DNA from: Candidatus Eremiobacteria bacterium
GTDB taxonomy: Bacteria > Vulcanimicrobiota > Vulcanimicrobiia > Vulcanimicrobiales > Vulcanimicrobiaceae
DNA length: 64,000 nt
Assembly: GCA_963758295.1 (NCBI GenBank)
Contig: CAVWUU010000006.1
Span: 32,001-96,000 of the forward strand
Direction of reading: 5' to 3'
Part shown: positions 11,647 to 23,693 of the stretch, piece after piece
Numbering within the stretch: the first letter of the stretch is position 1
Layout: every line of letters begins with the position of its first letter
The notes under the pieces: generated by a model
What the model was told of the DNA's origin: nothing
The model's input: only the letters and a program-made list of their open reading frames with translations
Databases searched by the model: none
Translations under genes and position numbers: made by a program

Positions 11647-13117
11647 TGCGGCGCGGCGACGTCGACGCTTCGCCTCGAGCCCGCCGACCCGCGTCCGCTC
11701 TACGTTCAGCTCGCCGATCAGCTCGTCGAAGCGATCGAAGACGAGCGGCTCGCACCCGGCGACCGTCTTCCCGCGATGCGCGAGCTCGCGCGCGAACTCG
11801 AATTGCGCGCTGGTCACCGTTTCGCAGGCGTACGAACTGCTGGCCGCGCGCGGGCGCGTGCATTCGCGCGTCGGCAAAGGCACGTTCGTCGCGCCGCCTC
11901 CCGACCGCGCACGCCGTTCGCGCGCCGTTGGGAACCCGACGTCGGCCGTTTCGCGCGCGCGCAGCGGCTCGAAGGCGTGATGGAGCAGTTGACCCGCGTC
12001 ACGACGCCCGGGCGCGATCATCGCTCGCGACCGGACATCCCGCGCCCGAAACGTTTCCGCTGCACGACTTCGGCCGCGCCTTTCACCGCACGCTGCTCGA
12101 CGATCCGCCCGAAGCGATGCAGTACCGTTCGTCTACCGGCGATCGCGATCTCTGCGAAACGCTTGCCACGCTGCTGCGCGCGCGCGGCTGCAACGCGGAC
12201 GCGCAGCGACGTCATCGTCTGCTCCGGCGCGCAACAGGCGGCCGATCTCGTCGCAACCGTCTTGCTCGACGAGCGCAGCGTCGTCGCAAGCGAAAGTCCC
12301 GACGTATTCCGGAACGCTCGGCGTCTTCGATGCGCGCGGCGTGACGTACGTCGAAGTGCGCAGCGATGCCGACGGCGTGCGCGTCGACGACGTCGAGCGC
12401 GTTTTTGCGGAATACCGTCCGCGCTTGTTCTACGTCAATCCGATCGCGCAGAATCCGACCGGCGCCGTCTTGCCGCAGCGGCGCGCAAAGCAGATCGTTG
12501 CACTGGCGCGCCGCTACGACGTCGTGGTCCTCGAAGATCAAACCGGCTGGCAGCTGACCTACGATGCCGCCGCGCCGCCGCCGCTCGCGGCGTTCGATAC
12601 CGACGGCCGCGTCATCGTGATGGAAAGCCTGTCGAAGTCGATCTTTCCGGCGCTGCGAATCGGCTATCTGTATGCGAAAGGGTCGATTGCCGAAGCGCTG
12701 GAGGTGGCCAAAGTGCGCGCCGACGTCTTCACTTCGACGCTCACGCAACGCGCGTTGTGGCGCTTTATGAACGCTCCGGCGTATCGCCGGCATCTGCGTT
12801 CTTCGCGCGCGCTCTATCGCGACCGGCGCGACGCTTTCGTCGATGCGCTCGCCCACGAATGTGCCGTGGGCAGACGTCCGTCCGCCGGCCGCCGGCGTGA
12901 ACGTTTGGCTGCCGCTTGCCCGCCGCGCATCTCGACGCAGGCGGCGTTCGATGCGTGCGCGCGCGAAGGCGTGCTCGTGATGCCGGCCGAGCCGTTCTAT
13001 CCCACGCGAACCGGCCCGCCCGCGCTGCGCCTCTCGTTCGGGCACATCGACGAAGCAACGGCGCGCGAGGGCGTACGGCGAATCGGCACGCGCGTTGCGG
13101 TCGCCTCGAACGCCTGA
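11646..13117 (+). CDS. GntR/MocR family regulator with PLP-dependent aminotransferase domain (apparent frameshifts)
   Basis: PLYVQLADQL..GDRLPAMRELA wHTH start; NPIAQNPTG, VLEDQ, ESLSKSIFPALRIGY, LRLSFG. Confidence 0.82.
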
Positions 13118-13162
13118 GGCATTGGGCAGGTCCACGAGAGGCTGCATCCGTAGCCTTCCTAC

Positions 13163-15589
13163 GTGAAAATCCGAGGACCCCTAGCGGCGGCTTTGGCCGC
13201 CGTTTTGCTGGGTGCGGCGCACCGCCCAGTTCCGATAACCGTGTACTCCGCTCCGGCGGGCCAGCGCCCAGCCGGCGCCTCTCCGGGCCGCCCGGCTGAC
13301 GCAGTTCTCCCCGACGGACGCATTGCTGCGCCGCGTCGGGCAGACCATTTTCGTCGGAACCAATCCGCTCGGCGTGGCGCTCTCGGCTGACGGCCGCTGG
13401 GCGATCGTCACGCAACGACGAGCAGAATGCGACGGCGTCCGGCGCGCCGCCGGGGGAGCCGGCCGTCTTGCAGCCGGATATTCACTGACCGTCGTGGAGA
13501 CGAGCACGATGCGCGTCGCGCAGCGTCTATCAAGCGCCGGGCGACGTCGTTTTTCAAAGGCGTGGCAGCGGTTGCAGATCCTGCAAATCGCGGGCGCACG
13601 ATCGTGCTTGCCTCGGACGGCGCAAACAACGTCGTGCGCGTTTTCGATCTTAGCAGCGGCGGCACGCTGACGCCCGAAGCCCAGCCCATCGCGCTCCCGG
13701 CAAAACCTATCCGTCGGCCATCGCCATAGCGGCAAACGGCCGTACCGCCTACGTCGCCAAGAATATTAGCCGGAACGTTGAGCGCGGTGGATCTCGCATC
13801 CGCGACGGCTCGTCGCTACGGCGAACGGCCGGATTCTTTCCGTCGGATGTCGCGGTTGCCGGTGCGCACGCTTACGTTACGAATGAGAGGGCTGATCCAA
13901 TACACGGCGCTGCAACAGCCGCGCTCCGCATCCTCAATTTGGTAACGCGGCGGCGAGCCCCGACGAAATCGTCGTCGCTGTCCGTTATCGATCTTGATGG
14001 GTCCGGCAGCGTGAACGCCGACGCAAACGCGGGAACCGTCGTTCGCATGGACCCCGTACCGGACGGCGTCGAATAACGTCGGCGGCGCGAAGCCCGGCGC
14101 CATCGTCGTGCGCCGGATGGCGCGTTATGCTTACGTCGCGATGTCGAACGTCGATCGTGTTGCAACGGTGGACCTCGGCGAGGATCCGCACGTCGTAGCG
14201 GGTCTGGACCTGCGTCTTTTCGTCAATGCTCCGTACGGAACGCAGCCTTCGGCGGAAGCTCTTAGCCGCGACGGAAAGCGTTTATATGTTGCGCTCGCAG
14301 GCCTCAATGCCGTCGCCGTGCTCGACGCGCACAATCCCGCAGTGCTGCACCGCCTCGGATTGATTCCAACGGGATCGTCGCCGAGCGCGCTCGCGCTCTC
14401 GCCTGACGGACGCTATCTATACGTCGCGGATGCGCGCGGCGTCGACGGCTGGGGCTTGCTGCAGCGCGTCGACATGAAAAAACTTCCTCTGGTGAAGGTG
14501 ACGTTGTCGGCGTTGCGCTACAATCGGGCCGTCGCATACGCACATCCGAGCGCAACCGTTCCGCCGTTGCGATCGAAGACGCCGCAGCAAAACGATCGAC
14601 CGCGTCGTTTACATTTCGGTCGGTTTGCAAACGTTCGATGCGATGCTCGGCGATCTCGGTCGCGGCAACGGCGCGCCGTCGTACGTTTCCTACGGTGCCG
14701 ATGTTACGCCGAATTTGCACGCGCTTGCGAAGGCGTATGGCTTAGCGGATAATTTCTACGTTGACGATCTGAACCAAGACGTGAACGTGCAATTCGCGCT
14801 GGCCGGTGCGCCCACGCTCTACGCGCAAGAATGTTGCACGTGAATGCCGGTCGCGCGCCGCTTGACGTGCACGGCGACGATCCGGAAGACTATCCGCGCG
14901 CCGGCTACCTTTTCAACGCCGCAGCGCGTGCGGGATTGTCGTATCGCGACTACGGCGCGATGCTGAGGCTTGCGGGATACCAGCCCGAAGCGTTGAGCAC
15001 GCCGGCGCCATCGAAATCCCGGAATCCGCGCGCAACTCCTCCGCCGTCGCCGCTTGGCGGTTTCTACACGCTCGACGTGCCCGCGCTCGCGGCGCTTGCG
15101 AATCACGTGGACCTCAACTACCCGGGCTGGAATCCCGCCATCTCAGAACGCGCAGCGCGCGGCCGAGTTCGTGAACGACATGGGCCGCCTCGTACAGAGC
15201 GACGCCCAACCCGCCTTTACGTACGTGTGGTTGCCGATGGCACCGGGCAGCGCAGGCGCCGCGGACGCCGATCGCGCGCTCGGGACGATAATGGCCTTTC
15301 TCTCTCATACTCCCCACTGGTCGTCGACGGCGGTTTTTATCGTCCCCGACGGCATCGCGCCCGGCGGGCGCGATCACGTGAACCCCGCTCGCAGCTATGC
15401 GATCGTGGTGTCGCCGCTCGCGAAGCAGGCGTACGTCGGACATCAGCATCTCTCGCCGGCCAGCGTCTGAAGACCGAAGAAGAGTTGCTTGGGCTCGCGC
15501 CGCTCGGTCTTCCCGACCTTCTAGCGACCGATATGGCGGACTTTTTCGGCGCTGTCCCGTATCCGTCGCCCTATCACGCCATTCCATAG
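13163..15589 (+). CDS. Secreted YncE/YVTN beta-propeller plus degenerate phosphoesterase-like domain protein (many apparent frameshifts)
   Basis: Signal peptide; LPDGR, GTNPLGVALSADG, ALSRDGKRLYVALAGLNAVAV, GLIPTG propeller motifs; TPNLHALA..ADNFY, DHV, LKTEEELLGL. Confidence 0.7.
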
Positions 15590-15596
15590 TAGGAAC

Positions 15597-16439
15597 ATGA
15601 CGACCAAGGACGCCATCCACTTCGGACCCCGTCTCGTCGGCATCGCCAACCGGAACGCTGCGCGCCGCGGCGCTCGTTCGTCCGACCGCCGAGCATCGAG
15701 AACGCGCCGCACGCTGCCCGGCGAACCGGGCGCCGTCTATAGCCGTGCGCTCGAGCAACACGAAATTTTGCGCAAGACGCTCGAGTATTTCGGCGTCGAA
15801 ACGGTTGCGTTCGAACCTCGCGGCGGGGATCCGTACGAATCGGCGATCGCCGACGCGGCTGTCGCTTTCGAAGACGGTGCGTTGATCATGCGGCCGAGCG
15901 CGATGGCGCGACGTAGCGAAGCCGATCGCATGCAATCCGAATTCGCCCAGCTCGACGTTCCGCTCGCCGGACATATCGCGCCGCCCGGATTGTCGAACGG
16001 CTCCGACGTCATGCTTGCCGGCGCAACGGCGTTCGTTGGAGTCGGCGCGCGCGGCAATGCGATCGGCCGCGCCGGTTTCGCAAAAGTGGCTCAGCGCCCA
16101 CGGCTATCGCGTCGTCGAAGTTGGCCTCGACGAGACCGTGCCGAGCCTGCGCGCCGTTGCGAACGCCGTTGCGAAAGACACGTCGTGGTGCTCGCGAAAG
16201 AAAAAGTCGATCTCGACGCGTTCGCCGGATTCAATACGATCGTGCTGGATCGCGGCGAAGATATGGCGGCCGGCGTCCTTTGCATCGGTGAACGTCACGT
16301 TATCGCCGACGTGCGTTATCGCACGTCGCTGGCTCGGATGCGCAAGGCGGGAATCACGGTCGAAGGCATCGATCTCTATGACTTCGAGAAGATCGGCATC
16401 ACGCCGTCCCTGCTCGTGCTTGCCCTCAAGCGCGACTAA
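15597..16439 (+). CDS. Amidinotransferase/dimethylargininase (pentein) family protein, catalytic residues apparently degenerate
   Basis: ALEQHEIL, RPSAMARRSE, GSDV, FVG, FEK motifs of the DDAH fold; some apparent frameshifts. Confidence 0.7.
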   Translation: MTTKDAIHFGPRLVGIANRNAARRGARSSDRRASRTRRTLPGEPGAVYSRALEQHEILRKTLEYFGVETVAFEPRGGDPYESAIADAAVAFEDGALIMRPSAMARRSEADRMQSEFAQLDVPLAGHIAPPGLSNGSDVMLAGATAFVGVGARGNAIGRAGFAKVAQRPRLSRRRSWPRRDRAEPARRCERRCERHVVVLAKEKVDLDAFAGFNTIVLDRGEDMAAGVLCIGERHVIADVRYRTSLARMRKAGITVEGIDLYDFEKIGITPSLLVLALKRD

Positions 16440-16457
16440 AAGGGCAGGCCGCTCGCC

Positions 16458-17186
16458 GTGCGCATCGCCATTGTTTCGGATATCCACGGAAATCTCGTTG
16501 GTCTCGACGCTTGCCTTGCGGATCTGCAAGCGCAGGGCGGCGCCGACGCGATCGTAGCAGCGGGCGATCTTTGCGTCGACGGCCCCAAACCGAAGAAAGT
16601 GCTGCAGCGGCTCGAAGAGGTGGGCGCGCAATGTCTTCGCGGAAACACCGACCGTTATCTAAGCGTTCCGCAGGACGAAACGTTCACTGAAAGCGAAGCG
16701 ACGCAGCTCGATTGGACGCGTCATGAAGATCGGCGAGAAGTGGCTCCAGTGGCTCGCGGAACTGCCCTTTGCGATTCGCATCGGTGACGACGACAACAGC
16801 TGCTCGTCGTGCACGCCAATCCCGCGACGGACGACGAGCATCTTTGGCCCGATGCCGATGATGCGACGCTGAAGCGGCTGATCGGCGAAGAGCGTGCCGC
16901 GGCGATTGCCTTCGGCCACCTGCATCTTCCTTACGTTCGTATTTGGCGCGGCAAGCTGCTCGTCAACGTCGCGTCCGCCGGCCTGCCAAAAGACGGCGAC
17001 CCGCGCGCCGGCTACGCGATTTTTACCGAGCGCGACGGCGGTTGGGAAGTCAAGCACCGCCGCGTCGAATTCGACGTGAAGAAAGTTGCAACCCAATTGG
17101 CCGATTGCGGGATTCCGGAGAGTGGAGAGCTCATTGCGACGCTTCGCCGCCACCGCTACAAGCGGTTGAAAGGATTTGTCCCCTAG
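16458..17186 (+). CDS. Calcineurin-like metallophosphoesterase (apparent frameshifts)
   Basis: SDIHGN, GDL, GNTD, HANP, FGHLH motifs. Confidence 0.85.
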
Positions 17187-17189
17187 AAC

Positions 17190-17913
17190 GTGCCCGTTCC
17201 GGCCATCGAGATAGAACATCTCGTCAAACGCGTACGGCGACTTTACCGCCGTCGACGATATTTCGCTGCGCGTCGAAGCCGGCGAATTTTTTGGTTTTCT
17301 TGGCCCGAACGGCGCCGGCAAGACGACGACGATCAATGCCATCGTCGGCCTGGCTCGCGCATCGAGCGGGGCGATCCGCGTTTTCGGTCACGATAACGAA
17401 ACGGATTGGCGAGAAGCCCGTCGCGCGATCGGTCTCGCGCCGCAAGAGTACAATTTCGACCGGTATCTCTCGATTCGCGACGTGCTTATCTTTCAAGCCG
17501 GTTACTTCGGCTTGCGCGGACCGGCGGTGAAAGAGCGGGCCGACATGCTTCTCGAGCGTTTTGGTCTCGCGTCGAAGGCGAAGCAAGAGTACACGCGCCT
17601 TTCGGGCGGCATGAAGCGCCGTCTAACGCTTGCGCGCGCATTGATTCACGAGCCGAAACTCGTCATCCTCGACGAGCCGACGGCGGGCGTAGACGTCGAG
17701 TTGCGGCTCGAGCTCTGGAGCCTGCTTCGCGAGTTCAACGGCGACGGCCTTACAATTTTCCTCACGACGCACTATCTCGAAGAAGCTGAAGAGCTTTGCA
17801 AGACGATCGCGATCGTACGCGCAAGGAAAGGTCGTGACGCAGCAGCCGACACCGAACTGGTCGCCGACGGCGCCCGTTTACAAGATGTATTCCTGGAGTT
17901 AACCCGCGCATGA
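17190..17913 (+). CDS. ABC transporter ATP-binding protein (YadG-like; apparent frameshifts)
   Basis: GPNGAGKTT Walker A, LSGGM signature, ILDEP Walker B, LTTHYLEEAE. Confidence 0.88.
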
Positions 17914-18692
17914 TCGCCGTCCAAGAAGGGCTCAATACCGTTGGGCTGTGGACGCTCGTCAAACGCGAGCTGATCCGCAGCATGAAGGTGATCAATCAGG
18001 TGATCTGGCCGCCGATCATTTCAACTCTGCTCTACGTCTTCGTCTTTGGGCTGGCGCTCGGAAGCCGCATTCAAAACGTCCAGGGCGTCGACTACGCGCA
18101 GTTCCTGATTCCCGGCTTGATCATGCTGCAGGTGATCGATTCGTCGTACGGCGAGTGTTCGAGTTCGGTGTTCCAGGGGCGCTTCATGAATTCGATTCAG
18201 GAGATGTTGATCGCGCCGATGTCCGCGTACGAGATCGTGTTCGGCTACATCATTGGAAGTCTCGTGCGCGCGCTGGTGATCGCCGCGTTGATTACGATTT
18301 TGGGTGCGATCCTCGTGCACACGTGGCCGCACGACTGGCTGTTGTATTTTGCCGTTCTGTGCATGGTGTCGGTGCTGTTCTCTTCGCTTGGAATCATCTT
18401 CGGATTGATGGGCGAGAAGTTCGATCACCTGGCCGCATTCACGACGTTCGTCATTACGCCGCTCACGTTCGTCGGCGGCGTTTTTACCGCGGCGACGATG
18501 CTGCCGCCGGTGCTGCGCAATCTCGAACTGTTCAATCCGATTTTCTACACGATCGACGCGTTCCGGCACAGCTATACCGGGCAAAGTTATCTGCCTTTGA
18601 CGTACTCGATTCTAATGATCGCCGTGCTCGCAGCAGTTGCTCTGGCGATTGCGCTCCGGCTCACCGCCACGGGATATAAGTTACGCACGTGA
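17910..18692 (+). CDS. ABC-2 type transporter permease (YadH-like)
   Basis: Six hydrophobic segments; FLIPGLIM, TPLTFVGGVF, NPIFYTIDAFR; coupled to the ATPase. Confidence 0.88.
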   Translation: MIAVQEGLNTVGLWTLVKRELIRSMKVINQVIWPPIISTLLYVFVFGLALGSRIQNVQGVDYAQFLIPGLIMLQVIDSSYGECSSSVFQGRFMNSIQEMLIAPMSAYEIVFGYIIGSLVRALVIAALITILGAILVHTWPHDWLLYFAVLCMVSVLFSSLGIIFGLMGEKFDHLAAFTTFVITPLTFVGGVFTAATMLPPVLRNLELFNPIFYTIDAFRHSYTGQSYLPLTYSILMIAVLAAVALAIALRLTATGYKLRT

Positions 18693-19027
18693 CGTTTCTA
18701 TTTGCGCTCGCGCTGGCCGTGACTCCATGGCACGGCGCGAATCTTCCAACCTCGACCGGCGCTGCGGTAAAATACCGTTTGACGGTATCCGGAAAGGCCG
18801 GCGAAGCCGTACATCTGAAGGCGACGCAGGTTGCGTCGGGTTGGATCGCTGCGTTCTGCGACTCGCGCGTTTGTTCTCCGATGCAGCTAACCTCCACGAT
18901 TCCCGAGTCGGGAAAACTGCAGCTGCAGTTCGAATTGATTCGTGAAGAAGACAACGCTCCCCGGAAAAGCGGCGCGCGAATCGAGAGCGAAACCGGCGTC
19001 TCGGTTACGATTCCGGCGGCGCGTTAG
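18689..19027 (+). CDS. Small secreted hypothetical protein
   Basis: GTG overlapping the permease stop; hydrophobic N-terminus; WIAAFCDSRVCSP Cys pair; beta-rich. Confidence 0.6.
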   Translation: MTFLFALALAVTPWHGANLPTSTGAAVKYRLTVSGKAGEAVHLKATQVASGWIAAFCDSRVCSPMQLTSTIPESGKLQLQFELIREEDNAPRKSGARIESETGVSVTIPAAR

Positions 19028-19689
19028 GGACGCGATTCCACGTCGCCACGTGCTGGGCAATCCAGCCGCTAATCCACAGGACCATAAACACCGGTATGGC
19101 GTTGCGACCGAAGCCTGCGAGAACGATCATCGCCAGCGTGAGCGAAGCCGTGAAAATCTCCGATCGTAACCCTTGCGCGAGCGACGGCTGCACCTTCACC
19201 GTGCCTTGAACGTTCGCAGGAGTAAGCCGGGGGAATAGCGCCGGCACGGCTTTTACGTACTCGTCGACAAGCGGCCCGAAGCGCTCGTGAAGCTGCGCCG
19301 TTTCATAGCGCACAAGCACGAACACGAACCCCAGCGTGGCGACGACGATGACGGCATACCCAAGCGGCACCGCAAGCAATCCGATGCCGAGGGCCATGAA
19401 GGTGTTGCCCAAGTACAACGGGCTTCGCGTGAAGCGAAACGGTCCGTCCACGATCAGCTCGTCGGACATTGCATCGGGGTTCCAAACGACGTCGGCGTGT
19501 AAGTAGGCCGAACCCCACGCGCGCAAGGCGAAACAGCAAAACGTCAGCAGCGCACCGGCCGCAACCGCGACCTGCGAAGTTTCGTTCGAGATTCCAAGCC
19601 GCGACCACACCACCCAGCCGCCCGCGAGTCCGACGATATAAATCACCCCGAACACCAACCCGCGCAGACGGTACCACGCCGGCGAACGA

Positions 19690-19697
<8 letters not shown>
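19005..19697 (-). CDS. Isoprenylcysteine carboxyl/phospholipid methyltransferase family membrane protein
   Basis: LIVDGPFRFTRSPLYLG and YVKAVPALFPR motifs; multiple TM helices. Confidence 0.78.
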
Positions 19698-21526
<1,829 letters not shown>

Positions 21527-21555
<29 letters not shown>

Positions 21556-22366
21556 GCGTTTCGAACGCGAATCGATAACCCTCGGCTTGCGTGCGTTGCG
21601 GAATGACGCGCTGGCCGGTGAGCAAAATGTCCGCGCCCTCCCCAAGCATCAAGCGAAGCGCAAAGGTCGGGGTCGGCAGCACGGTGGGGCGGTGAACCGC
21701 CTCGCCGAGCGCGCGCGTAAATTGTTCGTTGGTGACCGGGTTCGGCGCGGTGGCGTTCAGGACGCCGCTCGTGCCACTCAACGCCAGCAGATAGATGCCG
21801 ACGACGTCGTCAATGTGCACCCACGAAATCCACTGGCGCCCGTTACCCACGATGCCGCCGGCGCCCATTTTAAATGGCGGCAGCATTTGGGCGAGCGCGC
21901 CGCCGTCATGGCCGAGCGCCACGCCGGTGCGTACGATACTCACGCGCATACCGTGCTCCGCAGCGCGACTCGCTTCGCGCTCCCATCCCTCACACACGTG
22001 CGCTAGAAAGTTGCCGCCTGCCGGACTCGATTCCGTAAACGTCTCGGTTTCGCTCGTGCCGTAGTACCCGACCGCCGAGGAAGAGATGTACGCGGTGGGA
22101 CGGTCGTCCGCCGCGCCGAGCTCCGCAATGAAGGCGCGCGGCAGATCGACGCGCGAGCTCACGATGCGGTCTTTCACCGCCGCGTTCCAACGCTGGCCGA
22201 TCGGTTCGCCGGCAAGGTTGACGACCGCGTCCGCACCGGCGCACGCCGCTGCTGCAGCGCGCGGATCGCGAAGAGAGGTTTCCAATACGGTGTCGCCTCG
22301 ATCGCGCAGAGCGGCGCTGAGATGCCGCCCGATGAATCCCGAGGCGCCGGCAATCGCAACGCGCAT
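21527..22366 (-). CDS. TIGR01777/YfcH family NAD-dependent epimerase-like oxidoreductase
   Basis: GASGFIG, VVNLAGEPI, SSSAVGYYG, GNGRQWISWVHIDD, NATAPNPVTN. Confidence 0.88.
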
Positions 22367-22373
22367 GGCTTGT

Positions 22374-23693
22374 CTAATGAACGGCGGCGCGCGCCGCGGA
22401 ACCGACGATCCGTTCGAGCTCGTCGATCTGCTTCGGAATGGCTGCGGTTAGATTCTCGTGGCCGCCGGCCGTGACCACCAAGTCGTCTTCGATGCGAACG
22501 CCGATTCCTTTGAAGCGTTCGTCGCAATCAAGATCGCGATGCACGTAAATTCCCGGTTCAACGGTAATCGCCATGCCGGCAACAAACAGGACCGGATCGT
22601 CGTTTCGATCGCGGTAGCCGCCGACGTCGTGCACGTCTAACCCGAGCCAATGACCCGTCCCATGCATGTAAAAATCGCGGTACGTTTCGCGTTCGAGATT
22701 CTCGTCGCTTGTGCCGTGCAGCAATCCCACGTCGATCAGGCCGTCGATGATGGTACGCACCGCTGCCTGATGGAAGCCGGTTTGCGGTTTTCCCGGCCGG
22801 ACTTCCTCGAACGCGGCCTCTTGCGCCGCGAGTACAATTTCATAAATAGCGCGCTGTTCTGCCGTAAACGATCCGTTGACCGGCCACGTGCGCGTTACGT
22901 CGCTCGCGTAGTAATCCAGTTCGCAACCTGAGTCCACGAGGACGAGATCACCGTCCTTCAACCGATCGCGATTGCTCGTGTAATGGAGGATCGTAGCGTT
23001 GTCGCCGCTGCCTACAATGGACTCATACGCTTCACGTTGCGCACCCGCGCGCCGGTATTCGTGCTCGATCGCCGCCTCGATCTCGTATTCGAAAATGCCG
23101 GGTCGCGTAAGACGCATACCGGCGATGTGGCCGGCGCCGGTGATTTCCGCGGCGCGACGCATGGTCGCGATTTCTTCGGGCGATTTGATAAGACGCATAG
23201 GGTGCAAGACGGTCTGCGGGCGCGACACCGACTCGGGCGCAAGGCCTTTGCGCCGCGACAGCGATCGCGCGCCTTCCAATGCGTTGAGTACAGCACGATC
23301 TGTGCCGGCGTCAGTTCCGAGCTCATACCAGAGCGTGGCGGCGCCGGTCAAATATTCCGGAAGCCGGCGTTCCAGCTCCGCAATGGGATACGCTTCGTCC
23401 ACGCCAAGCGCCTCAACGGCCCGTTCCACGCCAACGCGCTTGCCGTTCCAGATCTCTTGCGAGCGATCGCGCTCGCGAAGAAAAAGAATCGAACGTGCTC
23501 GACCGTCTTGCGCTGCAAGCACCAGCACGGCATCGGGTTCGTCGAACCCGGTCAAATAGAAGAAGTCGGTGTTCTGGTGGAATTCGTATTCGGTGTCACT
23601 GTTTCGCAGAATCGTCTTTGCGGATGGAATCACTGCGACACCGCCGGCGAAGCCTTCCAGCGCACGCTTGCGTCGTTCGTCGAACGGTTTCAT
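22374..23693 (-). CDS. pepP: Xaa-Pro aminopeptidase
   Basis: FFYLTGF, LHY, DSG..YASDVTRT, HGTGHWLGLDVHD, TVEPGIY, GVRIEDD. Confidence 0.93.
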   Translation of the reverse strand: MKPFDERRKRALEGFAGGVAVIPSAKTILRNSDTEYEFHQNTDFFYLTGFDEPDAVLVLAAQDGRARSILFLRERDRSQEIWNGKRVGVERAVEALGVDEAYPIAELERRLPEYLTGAATLWYELGTDAGTDRAVLNALEGARSLSRRKGLAPESVSRPQTVLHPMRLIKSPEEIATMRRAAEITGAGHIAGMRLTRPGIFEYEIEAAIEHEYRRAGAQREAYESIVGSGDNATILHYTSNRDRLKDGDLVLVDSGCELDYYASDVTRTWPVNGSFTAEQRAIYEIVLAAQEAAFEEVRPGKPQTGFHQAAVRTIIDGLIDVGLLHGTSDENLERETYRDFYMHGTGHWLGLDVHDVGGYRDRNDDPVLFVAGMAITVEPGIYVHRDLDCDERFKGIGVRIEDDLVVTAGGHENLTAAIPKQIDELERIVGSAARAAVH

